Below, one piece after another: positions 41,755-56,815 of a stretch of 64,000 nt of DNA. The notes below the pieces were generated by a model that did no database searches, was not told where the DNA came from, and saw nothing but the letters and a program-made list of their open reading frames with translations. Where the stretch lies: the NCBI GenBank assembly GCA_964016885.1, contig OZ024746.1, positions 37,882,001 through 37,946,000 on the forward strand. Reading direction: 5' to 3'. Source of the DNA: Eledone cirrhosa. Lineage: Eukaryota. Position 1 is the stretch's first letter. The number at the start of each line of letters is the position of its first letter. Made by a program: the position numbers and the translations under genes.

Positions 41755-41940
41755 ATAATTGTTTCTACTTTAGGCACAAGGCCAGCAATTACCCAGTAGA
41801 TTACTGGTACTTTATTTTATCGACCACGTAAGGATGACAGGCAAAGTTAACCTCGGCGGGATTTGAACTCAGACTGTAAAGGGACGTAACTATGCCAGAA
41901 AGCATGGCGTCCGACTCTCTACCGATACTGCCAACTCCCC
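41755..41940 (-). mobile_element. Full-length SINE
   Basis: Closely similar to 33475-33654, with A and B boxes. Confidence 0.85.
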
Positions 41941-43865
41941 GACCATTAAAAGTTGAATAGATAATGTTGCTATATTCATGCTCATAAACCTGGGCGAGAT
42001 TGTTCCTGATATATTTCTTCCGTTAAGGATGTTCCTTCTGCCATACTACCCGAGTCACCTACATTATTCATATGGATTTTAGATTTTAGGATTTTAGGTC
42101 GCGTCTAGGCTACATCGGGTTGAAATATAGCCTGCTTACGTCACCCATGTGGGTAATTTTTCCACCAACACCGAGCAACTTGCAAGTCCTCACATCTATC
42201 ACATTCAATTCTTGCAATGGCGGGCCTATGGTTAGCGATAGAAAGGGCTCAGCAAACGTTTTACGGGAAATGTGCTTGTTTGTTCAGTGAGGGTTCCGAT
42301 GAACATATTCTTTTGAATCTCCTTATTTTTCGGTCCATCATATCTGGCATTCTCGCACTGTCCATGATGCATATATCTATCAACTGACTGTAAATGTTGT
42401 ATCGTCGAACTGTTCATTTTGTAAGTTTTCGGGGCGTTGGCAGGTATTTTCCACATTATCTTTTGAAAAATAGGCATTTGGACTCAAATTCCATTCCAGT
42501 GGAAAATTGGATGTTGATATCCGATTGGCTTTTAATGCTGCTGATATTTGGCCTGTACTCCTACAGGTAATCTGGAAAAAATACTTTTGGATTCATTACT
42601 ATCCTCAATGTGTATGTATGTATGGTTGTATGTATGCCCAGATGTCAGTCATAATAAATATTGTAATAAATACTCATCTAATAGTTCCCCGGTATTCATT
42701 GTTTCACTAGCAATTTTGAAAGAAACAATAAATTCTTGGCTGCTATCCTATAGACCTACATTTTTGGTGTGTAGATTTCTCAAGGAAACTTTCGTGTAAT
42801 AAATATGTTGCTCATGTCATTAATCCGTCATCTTGTGAAAACACAATTATTGCAATTTAAATTATTCAACAATAAAAATACTTTTAGACACTTCAACATT
42901 TTCATAAAGACATATTTTCTTCTTATGACTAAATCATGGAAATATCTCCTCGTTATTTTCGATCATTTTGCCTTTGAATGTGTCACAAATAGCGAAAGTA
43001 TTCATTCTCTCACCTTAGAAACCCTCTCTTTATCTTTGGAGATATATCTGACTTATCTATTAAGTGTTCAATTCTAAAGTAGATCATATCCTCAATTTAT
43101 ACTATTTATCGACCTACCAAAATTTTGGTTGTCATAAAAATCTTTAATTACGCTCGACTCCAATTATAACCACCAAATTAATTATCAGTGAGTAGCAAGT
43201 CGTAAGCAATAAATATAATATAAACGATAGTGTTGAACAAAACATCTGCAAATTATCGCGGGAATTTCCTGAATTAATGTCTACATTGTGGCTTATATAT
43301 CTTTCGCCCCATTGTTCGTAAGAACTTATTATTTGTATGTATCACAGCAGTTATTATTGAGTTCATTCTCATGCCCCGCATTAACACTCATCTATTTCAA
43401 ATTTCCAAATTTGTAATATTTAACCCACAACCTTCTGAATTATCAAGTACTTCCTTAGTTTTCCTCGAACACACAGTAACTATGCATATACTTGCACACT
43501 TCATTCTTTGGCTACTGGGAATTGCCATTGTTACAATGAATCCAGAAATAGATTGAGTCCTGGACATTGGATATATTACCCGCCCAAAATATTGGATATA
43601 ATGTGATGGATGATTGAACAATTTAGCTAATATTGAGGCAGGCCCTGACGCTCATTGTTGTAGGTGAATGGAGGATAATTGAAAACATAGTCCTAGGGAA
43701 AAATAAAGTGCGGATGAGTATTCGGGACATCAAAAAATAAAAGCGATTTAAATAACGTAGTAAGTTTGAAAAACTCTGGTATATAGAGTTGATCGGAGAT
43801 TCGTGTGAAAGGATCAATCCTTGATATATCTAATTGTCTTTGACTTACAAAGAAAATTACGTTGA

Positions 43866-43927
<62 letters not shown>

Positions 43928-44004
43928 CGTTTCTGAATTTGGCAACATGACACTCCCAAAGTATAACAATATATATATATATATATATATAAACAAACAT
44001 ATAT

Positions 44005-44154
44005 TATTGATATTCGCATTTCGTCCCACGAAATAACGAAAAACAACCTCCGAGATGTGCGGCAAGTGCTCAATGATTCAGATGAACCAGAGCTATAACA
44101 AACGTTGAAGGCCAAACACACTGAGATGATGGTTAAACAAACATTCGCATAGCC

Positions 44155-44157
<3 letters not shown>
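44005..44157. repeat. Dispersed (TA)n-associated repeat (second copy at about 50065-50217; diverged inverted relative within 59048-59960)
   Basis: Shared ctccgagatgtg(c/t)ggcaagtgctcaatgattcagatgaaccagagctataac. Confidence 0.75.
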
Positions 44158-44204
<47 letters not shown>

Positions 44205-44466
44205 AGTGTATATATGTGTATGTGTGTCTCGAAAAACCTACGCACGTATGTATGACGTATTTGTGTATTACGATATAGTGAGATTTGGAAATCAAAATGT
44301 GTTAATAAATTAGACGTATTAATTGTTGTTTTAGTTAAAATGTCAAGATCGATAAATATACTAAAACACATATATTGACAAAGCAGCATAAGCACACCTT
44401 CACATATGTGTATATACATGTATGTGTGTCTACGTGTGTGTCTGCGCGTGTAATTCTTGATATGCG

Positions 44467-44522
<56 letters not shown>

Positions 44523-44581
44523 CATATATATATACATATATATATACATATATATACATATATATATACATATATATGTAC

Positions 44582-44662
<81 letters not shown>

Positions 44663-44876
44663 TATATACATATATATATATATACATATATATATATACA
44701 TATATATATACACATATATATATACATATATATATATACATATATATAAATACATATATATATACATATATATAACTATATATATATATACATATATATA
44801 TATATACTATATATATATATACATATATATATTATATTTCGTTTCTGAATTTGTTTAGCAAGATTCTTTATACGTT

Positions 44877-44975
44877 TATAAATTCCTAAATTCATAAATT
44901 TAATTTTTTAATAAGTTGAAGTGAAAGCTTTGGTGCGTGTGTTTCTTATTGACAACATGACCCTACCAAAACAAT

Positions 44976-44980
<5 letters not shown>
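44877..44980 (+). mobile_element. Solo 3' terminus of PLE family 1 (related scraps at about 43938-43970 and 15942-16010)
   Basis: Matches the terminus at 20655-20756 and ends in (TA)n. Confidence 0.7.
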
Positions 44981-45037
<57 letters not shown>

Positions 45038-45280
45038 GTTCTGTCAGTTGTAAAGGCTATTTCTCTCTATCTATCACTCATTTCTCCTCCTCTCTCATCC
45101 TTCCTTCTTATACTCCCCCCTCCGTCATCCTTTATTTTCTTTCTTACTCTTCCTTACCTTTTCCTACCCTACCCCTCCTTTTTTCCCCAATCTCATATAT
45201 CCATCTTACTTTATTTTTCATATGTTGATTTAACACTTCACTGCTCGCAGGTGTTTTTTAAGCTTCATATCATGTCTCCC

Positions 45281-45351
45281 TATTTTATCTGATGAGAACG
45301 CAAATATCATCCCATGTTGATATTTGTTTTTGAAATGCGCATAATAAAATA
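45281..45351 (+). ncRNA. Intact type I hammerhead in a solo (TA)n-flanked element (about 45035-45385)
   Basis: TATTTTAT-CTGATGA-GAACGCAAATATCA(loop)TGATATTTGTTTTT-GAA-ATGCGCAT-A-ATAAAATA. Confidence 0.85.
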
Positions 45352-45381
45352 CTTGGAACTCTTTTAACCATCTTTTGATCT

Positions 45382-45451
<70 letters not shown>

Positions 45452-45460
45452 CATGTATAC

Positions 45461-45491
<31 letters not shown>

Positions 45492-45557
45492 AATAACTTA
45501 TCGACACCATATTAGTCATGCTGGCCAGCCAGTGACATACCACAGAACCAGCTGGAC

Positions 45558-45641
<84 letters not shown>

Positions 45642-45653
45642 TTAATACAGATG

Positions 45654-45704
45654 AGATTCTACAGGACTAGAACTGTTTAATTCTTTAGAAATCATCAGGA
45701 ATCT
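45654..45704 (-). ncRNA. Hammerhead with a core mutation (G12>T) at the end of a decayed PLE-like 3' remnant
   Basis: Reverse complement reads AGATTC-CTGATGA-t-TTCT(aa)AGAA-t-TAAA-CAG(ttctagtc)CTG-TA-GAATCT. Confidence 0.65.
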
Positions 45705-45908
45705 GGGTATCAAAAAATAAGTATGGTATTTATAGGTCTCTTCAAGTGGTAGGAGAGGGTAGGGAGTGGGATGGGTGTAGGTCATTGTTTGATAGAAAAG
45801 GGAATTCATTAAAAGCTAATTCTTCAAAGCTATAGTTTATTGTTAGAGTAACAAAGGCAGAAATAATTCTATAAACAAGTCCAGGATGGGGTGCCACTCA
45901 TTATTTTT

Positions 45909-46053
45909 AGACGCATAGAGTTACGGCCCTTGCCATTCTGAGTTCAAATCCCGCCGAGGTTAACTTTGCCTTTCATCCTTATGGGGTCGATAAATAAAGT
46001 ACCAGTAATGTACTGGATAATTGCTGGCCTTGTGCCAAAAGTAGAAACAATTA
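45909..46053 (+). mobile_element. SINE copy
   Basis: B box, central domain and tail as in the other copies. Confidence 0.8.
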
Positions 46054-46336
46054 TTTTTAAGTTTCTCTTAAGCTAACAGGTGTCTATAAGATCAGTGTGG
46101 GTCAGTCATGGTTGATGGATTTAAAGGAAAGGGAGATTCTTTAAAAGCTAAATTCTGTAAAGTTCTACTATGTGACAGAGGCCTAGAGAATTCTGTAGAC
46201 AAATTCAAAATATTGAGTGCATATCATACGATTATCTTCAAATTTCTCTTAAACTATCCAACTATATGCCAAAAATCAACAGACACATTCACAAACACAC
46301 TTACTCACACACTCAAGCGCATCCATAAACACCCAC

Positions 46337-46423
<87 letters not shown>

Positions 46424-46494
46424 CACTCACATACATGTATACACACACATATACATATATATGTATACATATATATATATACACATATATATGT

Positions 46495-49400
46495 ATGGGT
46501 ATGACATTAAACTACATCCTGTGGCAAGGCTCCAGTTCGGGAGTTCAGGAGATGTGGGGAATGTGGAGTTACCCCTTAGTTGTCATGACTCCCAGGTCTG
46601 CCCTGGCCCGGGGTGGTAGTACCTGTTAGGGCTCCATTTATGGGTTAAATAACTACCTTATTCGAGTGGCGCCGGTAAGGTATTGTCAGCCATTGAAAAG
46701 AAATATGGAGAGTCGATCTAACAGCACTAGGGTTAGAGCCCCTAATTACACTGTCAAGGAGCAGCCTGGTCGTTATGACTCTGCTGGCTTAGAGCCACAG
46801 AGAGGGCCAGTGGATGATGGATCAGCTGTCTCTGAGACAAATATAAAGAATGCAGTTTTGTCCTGCAGAAGAGCCATCAAAATGGGCACTTTGAATGTGA
46901 GGACTATTCGAACGCTGGAGAAGAGAGAGGAGTTGGGACATCTGTTCGAGGAGAGTGGTATACAGATACTTGCGATCCAAGAACACAGGATTCTACACGA
47001 TGAGCCCGTGAGGAGTGTGATGATCGGGAGGAAGAGCCAGCTCATCACTACATCGGCAGTGAAGAACACAACAAATGCTGCAGTAGGAGGAGTGGGTTTT
47101 GTGTTCAGTGCAAAAACCAATCTGTTGGTGAGGGAAATAATGCCTATCTCCCCGCGAGTGTTGAGGGTGACCTTCAACGGAAACCCAAGACTGACAGTCA
47201 TCTCAGCCTATAGTCCAACCGAGGGGGACAGTGATGTGAATGCCGAGGAGTTCCATGAGGAGGTGTGCAGAGCTGTCAACACCACTCAGGCACACAATAT
47301 CCTGCTTGTTTTGGGGGACTTCAATGCACATCTGAGTAAGGAGGACAGTGAAGATCCTTGCTGGTACTTCCATAACAACACCAACCGAAATGGAAGACTA
47401 CTGAGAGACACCCTGCTGGAGGCGAACTTGATGGCGACCAACCTAAGGTTTAGGAAGAATCTGGGGAAGATGTGGACCTACATCTCAGATATGCATCTGT
47501 CCAAGTCCCAGATTGATTTCATTCTGGTGAGGAAAAAGTGGCGGAATAGTGTTCTGAACACGGAACCATACAGCTATTTCAGTACACTGGGTAGTGACCA
47601 CCGGCTTGTTATGAGTGAGGTCCGCGTGAGCCTAAGAAAGAGCAAGGCTCAGCCCCGGAGAACAATCTATGACTGGGGAGCTTTCAAGGAAGATGAGAAG
47701 CTACAGGAGAGGTTCACAGTGGAAGTGAGAAACAGGTTTAGTGCTGTGTGGAGAGTCAGAGGAGAGAGAGATTGGATGGACTGAGGAGAGTGTGACGAGG
47801 AGGTACGGGCACTTCACCAATGCAGTGGCGAAAGCAAGTGAAACCCTGGTGCCGAGGAAAAAGAACAAAGGGAAGCACGTCAGCTCTGCAAACCCAAAAG
47901 TGTGTGCAGCCAGAGAACATCTGAAAGCTGCCAGAGACCAATTCTATGCTGATCCTACGGAGGAGAGGGTGGAGACTGTGGAGGTGATGAGGGAAGAGCT
48001 CTGTACCGCTTACACTGAGGTCAGAGAGGAGGCACTGATAGAGAAGATCAGAAGTGTGGAGAGAGCGGTTGACAGATCTGGATGTAAGGAGAGCTGGATG
48101 ATCATCAACGAGATCACAGGGAGGAAGAAAAGGTGTTCGAGTCAGATCCAGGGAACGGGGCCCGAGGATAGGAAGAGGAAATGGCTAGACCATTTTAGGA
48201 CCCTACTAGGAGAGCCACCCTCCACAGCCCGTAGAACTGGGGAGATCAGGCGGCTGTTTGAGGAACTGGATGTTGAGACAGAGCCCTTCACCAGAGAGGA
48301 GCTTCAGAGAGCCAAGAAGAGTATCAAGGAGGGCAAGGCTCATGGAGTAGATGGAGTCGCATCAGAGGTGATGAAGAGGTGTGATTTTGATGATATCATC
48401 CTGGGGTTCTGTAACGGGGCACTGGAGAAAGGAGTTGCCCCGAATCAGTGGAGGATCAGTAACATCGTCCCAGTGCCAAAGAAGGGAGATCTCTCTAACA
48501 CCAACAACTACCGGGGGATCTCACTGACGTCACTTGTGGCAAAGACCCTCAACAGGATGATTCTTAACAGGATCCAGCCTGAGATGGAGAAGAAGCTCAG
48601 GGACAACCAGAACGGCTTCAGAGAGGGTAGATCAACCACCAGTCACATCCTGATGCTGAGGAGGATATTAGAGGGAGCTAGAGCAAAGTGCCTTCCTGCG
48701 GTCATGGTTTTCATTGACTTTAGGAAGGCCTTTGATTCTGTGGACCGTTACTGCCTGATGAAGATCTTGCAGGCTTATGGAATCCCCAAGAGGATAGTGG
48801 ACCTGATATCACTGCTCTACACCAACACCAAAGCCCAAGTCATTACACCTGATGGGATGACAGAGTTCTTTGAGATACTGGCTGGAGTGCTCCAGGGAGA
48901 TATATTGGCTCCCTACCTTTTTATCATCGTAGTGGACTATTGTATGCGCCTTGCACTGGAGAAACACCAGGACACTGGCTTTACTGTAGCACCGGCTCAG
49001 AGCAGGAGAGTTGGGGCGAAAAAGGTATCGGATGCTGAATTTGCCGACGATATAGTTTTGGTGACAAATACAGTGAAGGAGGCAGAGGATGTGATGCGGG
49101 AGGTTGAGACTGTGTCGATGAGTGTGGGGCTGAGAATGAATGAGACTAAAACAAAATATCTGGTAGAGAATGTTGAGAAGCCAGAGGGGATCACTAATGT
49201 AGGCGGGAAGCCGCTGGAATTGGTTGAGGAATTTCTGTATTTGGGAGCAAAGATTGGGAATACGGAAGATGATGTGGTTGAGAGGAAGAGCAAGGCCTGG
49301 GCGGCGTGTCACCACTTGAGATCGGTGTGGATGTCGGACCTTCGTAGAGACTGAAAATCCGCCTCTTCATTGCTGTAGTGGAGTCTGTGCTGCTGTATGG

Positions 49401-49805
49401 GTCTGAGACTTGGACACTGACCAATAGACTCACTCAGATGGTGGATGGGTGCTACACGAGAATGCTGAGGATGGCTCTGAACATTAATCAGTATACACTG
49501 AGGATGAAAAACTCAGAGCTGTATGGGAGCATCCCAAAAGTCAGCTCAAAAGTGACACAGAGGAGACTGAGGTTGGCTGGACATGCTCACCGACATCCAG
49601 AGTTGACATTGCACTCAGTGCTCCTTTGGGAGCCCCTACATGGACACACTAGAAGAGGAAGACCAAAGTTAACATATGTTGATGCCCTAAGGACAGACAC
49701 TGGTCTGTTGGAGATGCAGGATATGGCAGCGATAATGAGGGACAGAGACCGCTGGAGAGGACTCGTCCATGGATCTCGGGAATTTTACCCGCCTTAGATA
49801 GATAT
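46495..49805 (+). mobile_element. Near-intact full-length RTE-clade LINE
   Basis: 5' UTR, single APE-RT ORF, stop codon running into a short (TAGA) tail and (TA)n. Confidence 0.92.
46705..49797 (+). pseudogene. APE endonuclease-reverse transcriptase polyprotein with two frameshifts
   Basis: APE motifs GTLNVRT, LAIQEHR, GDFNA, SQIDFIL, SDH. RT motifs NYRGISL, QNGFR, FIDFRKAFD, GVLQG, FADD, FLYLG. C-terminal LLYGSETW, RRLRLAGH. Frame changes at about 47745 and about 49350. Confidence 0.9.
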
Positions 49806-49903
49806 ATATATACACATACATACACACACATATATACACATATATATATACACACAAATATACACACACATACGTACACGCATACACACATACATATACA
49901 TAA

Positions 49904-49944
<41 letters not shown>

Positions 49945-49985
49945 TACATACATACACCTACATATACACATATACACACATATAT

Positions 49986-50061
<76 letters not shown>

Positions 50062-50558
50062 ATAAATCATCGAGATTCGCATTTCGGCCCATGAAACAAC
50101 GAAAAACAAACTCCGAGATGTGTGGCAAGTGCTCAATGATTCAGATGAACCAGAGCTATAACAAACGTTAAAAGCCAAACACACTGACACGATGGTTAAA
50201 CAATCATTCGCATAGCAAAAAAAACGATCAAGTAATTCGGGTATTGAAAATTTACCCGGACCCCTGGAAGGTTGGTAAAATCCAGTATTTGGGTTTCTGC
50301 GGCTCCCAAATCAAGTACCGTCTGCTTACATAAATAATGTCAGACTTCTGGTAAGATGATTGAACAAGGAAGCCACTTTCTCAACAGGTTTTAGTTCAAT
50401 GTTAATACAAGGGCTGACTATTGCTGACTCCACGTGGGGATCGGCAAGGGAGGCAGCCCCTATATCAGGCGAATAAATTCAGTTGTGTATATTTTTGCAA
50501 GAATGCAAAAACATCACAAATCGAATAGAGTTCTCAACAGAGGGTTAAAATTATATAC

Positions 50559-50593
<35 letters not shown>

Positions 50594-51237
50594 TATATGT
50601 ATATGTATTTGTGTGTATGTGTGTGTGTTTGTGTGTGTATGTGTTTGTTCTCTTGTGTGCGCTTGTAATTTGTGCTATGCTTATGCCTGCATGCACACGG
50701 ACATAAATCCGCCCTGGCAAATCACGATATTGAAACTTACACAAATATACGCTAAATATTTCGAGAGGAATATTTGTTGTTAAGTGTAGAAAATTGTGGT
50801 AGGCAAACATTTACCTAAGACAATTGTATGTTTGCAGAAATATGTTTCTATTCCGTTAAATGAAACAATAATAGTAATATATATTTGACTGAAGTAGTTT
50901 CTACAATACGTCAAGGAATTACAAAAGAACAGACCATTACAATTATTATAATAAGAAACTGCGAAGAAAAGTTTGTGACATTGTTCTATAAACATAATGG
51001 AAATGTAGATTCGAAGTCGACGCTATTTAGGTAAGTTTTCCTCTTCGTATATATAATTATAGATAAGATATTGTTTTTTGTTGTTTTCAATTCTTTAAAT
51101 AAGCATAGTGTAATTTGAAATATTGGGAATTCAGTATACCCGAAATTAAATACATTTACATACCATATACGCATGCACACATACAAAACACGTATACGAA
51201 CAAAACTGCCACATATAGAGACACAAACTAATATATG

Positions 51238-51295
<58 letters not shown>

Positions 51296-51370
51296 TATAA
51301 CTTCTACTAGAACTGTTTCATACTAATGTATTGAGAACATCACTTACTGTGGTTAACCCCGAATAAATCC

Positions 51371-51427
<57 letters not shown>

Positions 51428-51825
51428 GGAGGTAGATATAGATATATGTGTGTGATTGGGTGTGTGTATGTGTATATGTGTGCGTGTGTGTGTGTGTGTG
51501 TGTGGCTGCGTATTTATTTTTGTAGGTACCTGAACCTGTGTGTGTGCCTATTCATACATCTGTGTATATAGATGTCAGTAAGGTGTGTCATTAGCACTCG
51601 ATGCTGTCGTGTACAAAGTGTAAATAGAATAAATAGTATCGAAGTCAGTGTCGCAGCCTACGTAAAAAGTCTATTGACATATTACAATTCTTTCGATATT
51701 GATCAACTTAAGGAACAATCATTATGGCGTCATTATGATGCTACGCTGTGTCAATCGATATTGAAACGATTGCAATATGCCATGGTATTTGCACCTACAA
51801 ATTTTCCTCTGAGGCATAGGTCCGG

Positions 51826-52020
51826 GGGTGGATTGGCAGTATCGGTAGACGGTCTGACGCCATGCTTTGCGGCATAGAGTTACGCCGTTTTACGGTCTGA
51901 GTTCAAATGCCGCCGAGGTAAACTTTTCCTTTCATCCTTACGGGTCGATAAAATAAATTTAAGTTCCAGTAATACACTAGGATAATTGCTGGCCTTGTGC
52001 CAAAAGTAGAAACAATTATT
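51826..52020 (+). mobile_element. Full-length SINE
   Basis: A box TGGCAGTATCGG, B box GAGTTCAAATGC, central domain and tail. Confidence 0.85.
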
Positions 52021-54471
52021 TAGAGTTTTTGGGGTGGAACAAAACAGGAGTTATAGTAGCTTGTCTTTATTTGTTTGTTCTTTTGTTTTGTTTACTTACT
52101 ACATAGTTTGCTAGTTTGAATATTCAGTAACGGTTTATTTATAATGTCACATTAGTAGACACTATAGATCTGTTCGCGAAGTATAGTGTATGCTTTAGGA
52201 GGGCGTGTGGGCAAGTATTACGCCAAACGGACAATATATAGGAATTATAGCGTTTTACTATGAGTATAGTGGCCATTTGAATATTTCAAAATATACAGTT
52301 ATGGAGTGTAAATGATGTATGTGAGGAACGTTTGCTAGACCTTGGTAACAAATGTCCTTCTAATCAACTGCTACACATGAAAAAAAACATTAATTTTATC
52401 ATGAATCATGTAGATGTTATGTATGTCTAAATTAATACAAATTGCTGCTAAATGAGGTATCATATTACTAAGTGTGCTCCTTACTAAACTATTTACTAAT
52501 TCTGATATTCTGGAAATATTAAACGGGTAAAAGAGCCTTGAGCACCAACATCAAATTTAATGTTTCCTTTACTGGCATTTTAGGCAACGTCATTAAAGGT
52601 GATGTATGTTAATCTCATTCGCATTTCCATCCACCGACAATCATTTAAATGATTGATGAAGCAGGGGCTAGTGATTAAGCATCGTATAGGATTTGGCTTC
52701 TTTAAAAGGAATTCAATAAATTAAACTTCCTTTACTCAACTGCAACAAAATCATGCAATCACAAACGAGTCCACCTCCTTTCATGTCACATATCTAGAAG
52801 TTAAGACTATCGAATTCTATGAGTGCCAATTGCTAATGGATGTTATAAATGACTACATTAATTAAGTGAAATCGCTAGACGTGTGGAACTCAAAAGCATG
52901 TATGTGACGTTCATCGAATTTCATCGCTACTTTACTTGGAAAATTTCCTGATTTGTAATTTCTTTACATATAGTAATATTAAATCTGAAATGGTGTAACT
53001 TCTAAAATGGCTGGAAACTCGAACATTGTTTTTATGGCCCACGATTCCCCGTCATTCAACATCACTTGAAGGTACATATACATATTGTGGCTTTGTTATA
53101 TATTAAGAGACGTAGTATATAAGGGGTATATAGTCCTTTCCCAGATATTATCGTGGATTAAAACCATCTTGTCTTCCTTACATATATAACACACATATTT
53201 AAAACAGGTTTTAATGTAAGTTACAGTAAAATGTATTGGACTAATTATTTGTGTCTCTTTTATAAAGCTAACAATATACTGTTTAGAAAATTCTAATAAA
53301 ATACACAATATTGTATCCGTTAAATTTCCTATTTACACCATTACTATTAAAGACTCGTCTCATGTAAGGTCCCCAGAAATGTTGTGAAATTTTGTGAAAT
53401 TGTAATAATATGCTTCATCAAAAAGCGCCTTGTTGGTCCGTTTCTTTGGTACTAGTGCTACACAACCATGTTTTCTTTTATTGTGAGATGGGTACTTGAA
53501 TATTTCGAGTATTGGCTATGGAAACCTGATGTCCATCTTGGTGATTTGTGCTCGTAAAGCCATATGGTAAAACACAAGATATATATGAAATACAAATATC
53601 TCTGTTTGTAATCACCAAGGTGCGCTTAGCTTTCGCAAAAATATCAACAGCAAATTCTGAAAAGAATTATTTAAATCGAATATAAAATCATAAATATTGC
53701 AACATAATTCAAAATTAGAAAAGAAAATAGATGAATCTGGTGGAATTGTGATGAATAAGGACAGATATAAAATTTGATTGATATTCGCTGCAATTTGTCA
53801 TGGTTATGTGGGAGAGAGTTAGAAATACGGATTGGCGGAATGAATTGTATCCAAGAAAATTAACTGATGAATATTTCAACTGTCAAAGTGGTAAGTGTTT
53901 CGGAAATAAGTTTATTATTAATATTTATTGCTGCTATATTCATTTTTTTTCTTTTGTCTAATGCAAAAATACTCACACTTGATGAATAGAATGGGACATT
54001 ATAAGAATAGAACGTCTGATGGAATCTGCACATGCTTGCATGCATAGAGACCCAGTAACACATACATATCGAAAGATACATTCACGAAAATAGATACATA
54101 GATAAACTCGTATGTGTATTAGAATGTATCCATTTGTGTGTGTTTATATATGTGTATAAATGTGTAGGCTGAGATTTGAATATGATGTATATATATATAT
54201 ACTAATATGCTCATATTCTTTCAATACATAACTATATGTAAAGCTTCTAAATTTCGGTGATTTTGTTTTATGTTGTTTCAATCAGTGAAAGAATTTTCAG
54301 AAATCATAATAAACATTACTAGCAAATCTTCTTTTTCTATTATCGAAATTGAATTGAAAAATATTTGACAACTTCAGAAGTGTCCGCCCAATTAAATACC
54401 TATATATCTGTTGTTGTATCTATCCGGTAATGTCTTATTTCTCTCTTGTTCCCTATCTTTCTCTCTCTCAT

Positions 54472-54472
<1 letters not shown>

Positions 54473-54538
<66 letters not shown>

Positions 54539-54583
54539 ATATACATGTTTCTCTATCTATCTGTTTATCTATCTATCTATCTC

Positions 54584-54656
<73 letters not shown>
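54473..54656. repeat. (TCTA)n plus (TA)n microsatellite
   Basis: Seen directly in the sequence. Confidence 0.9.
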
Positions 54657-54659
<3 letters not shown>

Positions 54660-54835
54660 TATCTATCACTCTCTCACTCATATATATGTGATTATATACA
54701 CACATATATTTATTTGTCTAATCAATGTTGAGAGTTATATTTGTGTGTGTTTTCTCAGCCAAATTGAAACTGTCTTACCATGTGTTTGTTTGCTTAGTCT
54801 CTAATTCATTGCTTGTCGCCTAAATGATTGTCTAT

Positions 54836-54901
<66 letters not shown>

Positions 54902-56665
54902 ATATATATACATATATGTGAGTGAGTGTCTGTATGTATTTGTGCATAAACAAGTTTAATAATTAGAGTGATCGACTTTAGTAGTATAACAAGAAGAATA
55001 GTTAAGGCTGAATGCGGCATTATATGAACAATCATGTGTAGCAAATATATCAAGGTAAAAACCATAGAGTAATTTCCATTAACTGCACATGTGTAACGTA
55101 ACAGCATGTAAAAGGTATAATAAACCAAGGATGTATTTGAATTTAGATATTTTATTCCCTCTACGCGGGTTTCACCGATAGTAGAGAAGAGAATATTTCT
55201 TAAAAGTATTATATAAATTTGTTTTCAAAACCAAAGTATCCCTATATATTATACAACACTAGTCATAGGATTTTCAAAAATATCGACAGACGAGATGGAA
55301 CTGAACGAAGAGCATCTGCTATGGAGGAGACATTAAAGTTTTACTGTTACATTTTCAAATCAAGCGAGAGAGTGAGAGATGTAAATACTATCAGAAAAAT
55401 GCTTTACGTCAATATGAAAGCAAGCTATAAAGAAATGGTGATTAAAAAATGTGAAATGACGAAAGGGAAATAACACGTTACACCCCACGAAAATCTAATT
55501 CCACGAGATATTATACACACTTAAAAACGAACGAGAATATAATAAAATAAACATATATATGTGTGAAAAAAATTTGTCTCGTGCATATATAATTACTATA
55601 CATAAGAGTAGCTGCAAAGTGAAACGTGAAAACCTACTCAGATTATTTGTGCTTGATATAAATTAGCAACTACTGCAACAAACCACCTGCAAATCTAATG
55701 ACACCAATTAAGTTTCAAATCTTTTGATTTGCTAATCACTGGGATTTTATACTTTGCTCTTATTTCGTTTTTTCGCTCACCAATATCAGAACTATTCAGG
55801 ATAAATATTTATCAAATCTGCTCTAGAACTCATGACTCATTTATTTGAGTTCCACCATACACTTAATTTCAATCAGGCTAGAAGCTTGTAGTAGTTAGAA
55901 TTCTATGATAGATGAAAACTATTGCTTGCACTACACACAGCATACAGCAATGATTAACTTTCTATTAATTCTCTATAAATTTGCTTCTTTAGGGCGAATA
56001 TAGTATTGTAATTTTGAACAGTACATCCTTATTCATGCGGTCACCTCATTTCATGTGATAACTACATATTGTCTTCGCCAGCAATTCAATGATCATGTTT
56101 TTTTAAAGCCAATTTATATTATAACATCAGATTGTCTCTTGGTTATTAGAATATGACTTGGAGACACGGGAATATTCTTCAAATACAATTGTTGTTATAA
56201 AGATTGCTGTTTATCATACCCATTGTGGAAATTGGCATATTTCAGTGGGTCAGTAATAGTGTAAAAGACATGGTTTTTCCACAACATATACTTTGCAAGT
56301 GTGACACGGGATCCAGGAAAGTTAAAACGGCTTTCTTTTGTATTCTGTTCGATTTTTAGCGAAATGTTTGTGTTAAAAAGAGGAAACTGCATTTGTGTCT
56401 TGTGAAGGGTACCAAATAATATCCATATATCTGATTGTTGCTTCGTAATTAATTGCGTCTCGAAAATCACACGCCCATTCGTTAAATACAGAATCATTAG
56501 TGTGGTGAAATCGAAGGTTGTTGCGTTTATTATTGATAAAAATGCAGATTGCGTTTGAATTTAGATTGTTTGTTGGTCATGTTTGTGACACATTTTCCAA
56601 CACTTTATAATTTCAAATCCGTAATATTAGCGCTACGAAAAGGTGTTTGTCAGAGGGTTGCGTAC

Positions 56666-56746
56666 GAGAGAGAGTGAGAGAGAGAGGGAGAGAGAAAGAG
56701 AGAGGGAGAGAGAGAGATAGGGGGGGGGGGAGAAATAGAGAGAGAA

Positions 56747-56815
<69 letters not shown>
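56666..56815. repeat. (GA)n microsatellite
   Basis: Seen directly in the sequence. Confidence 0.9.
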
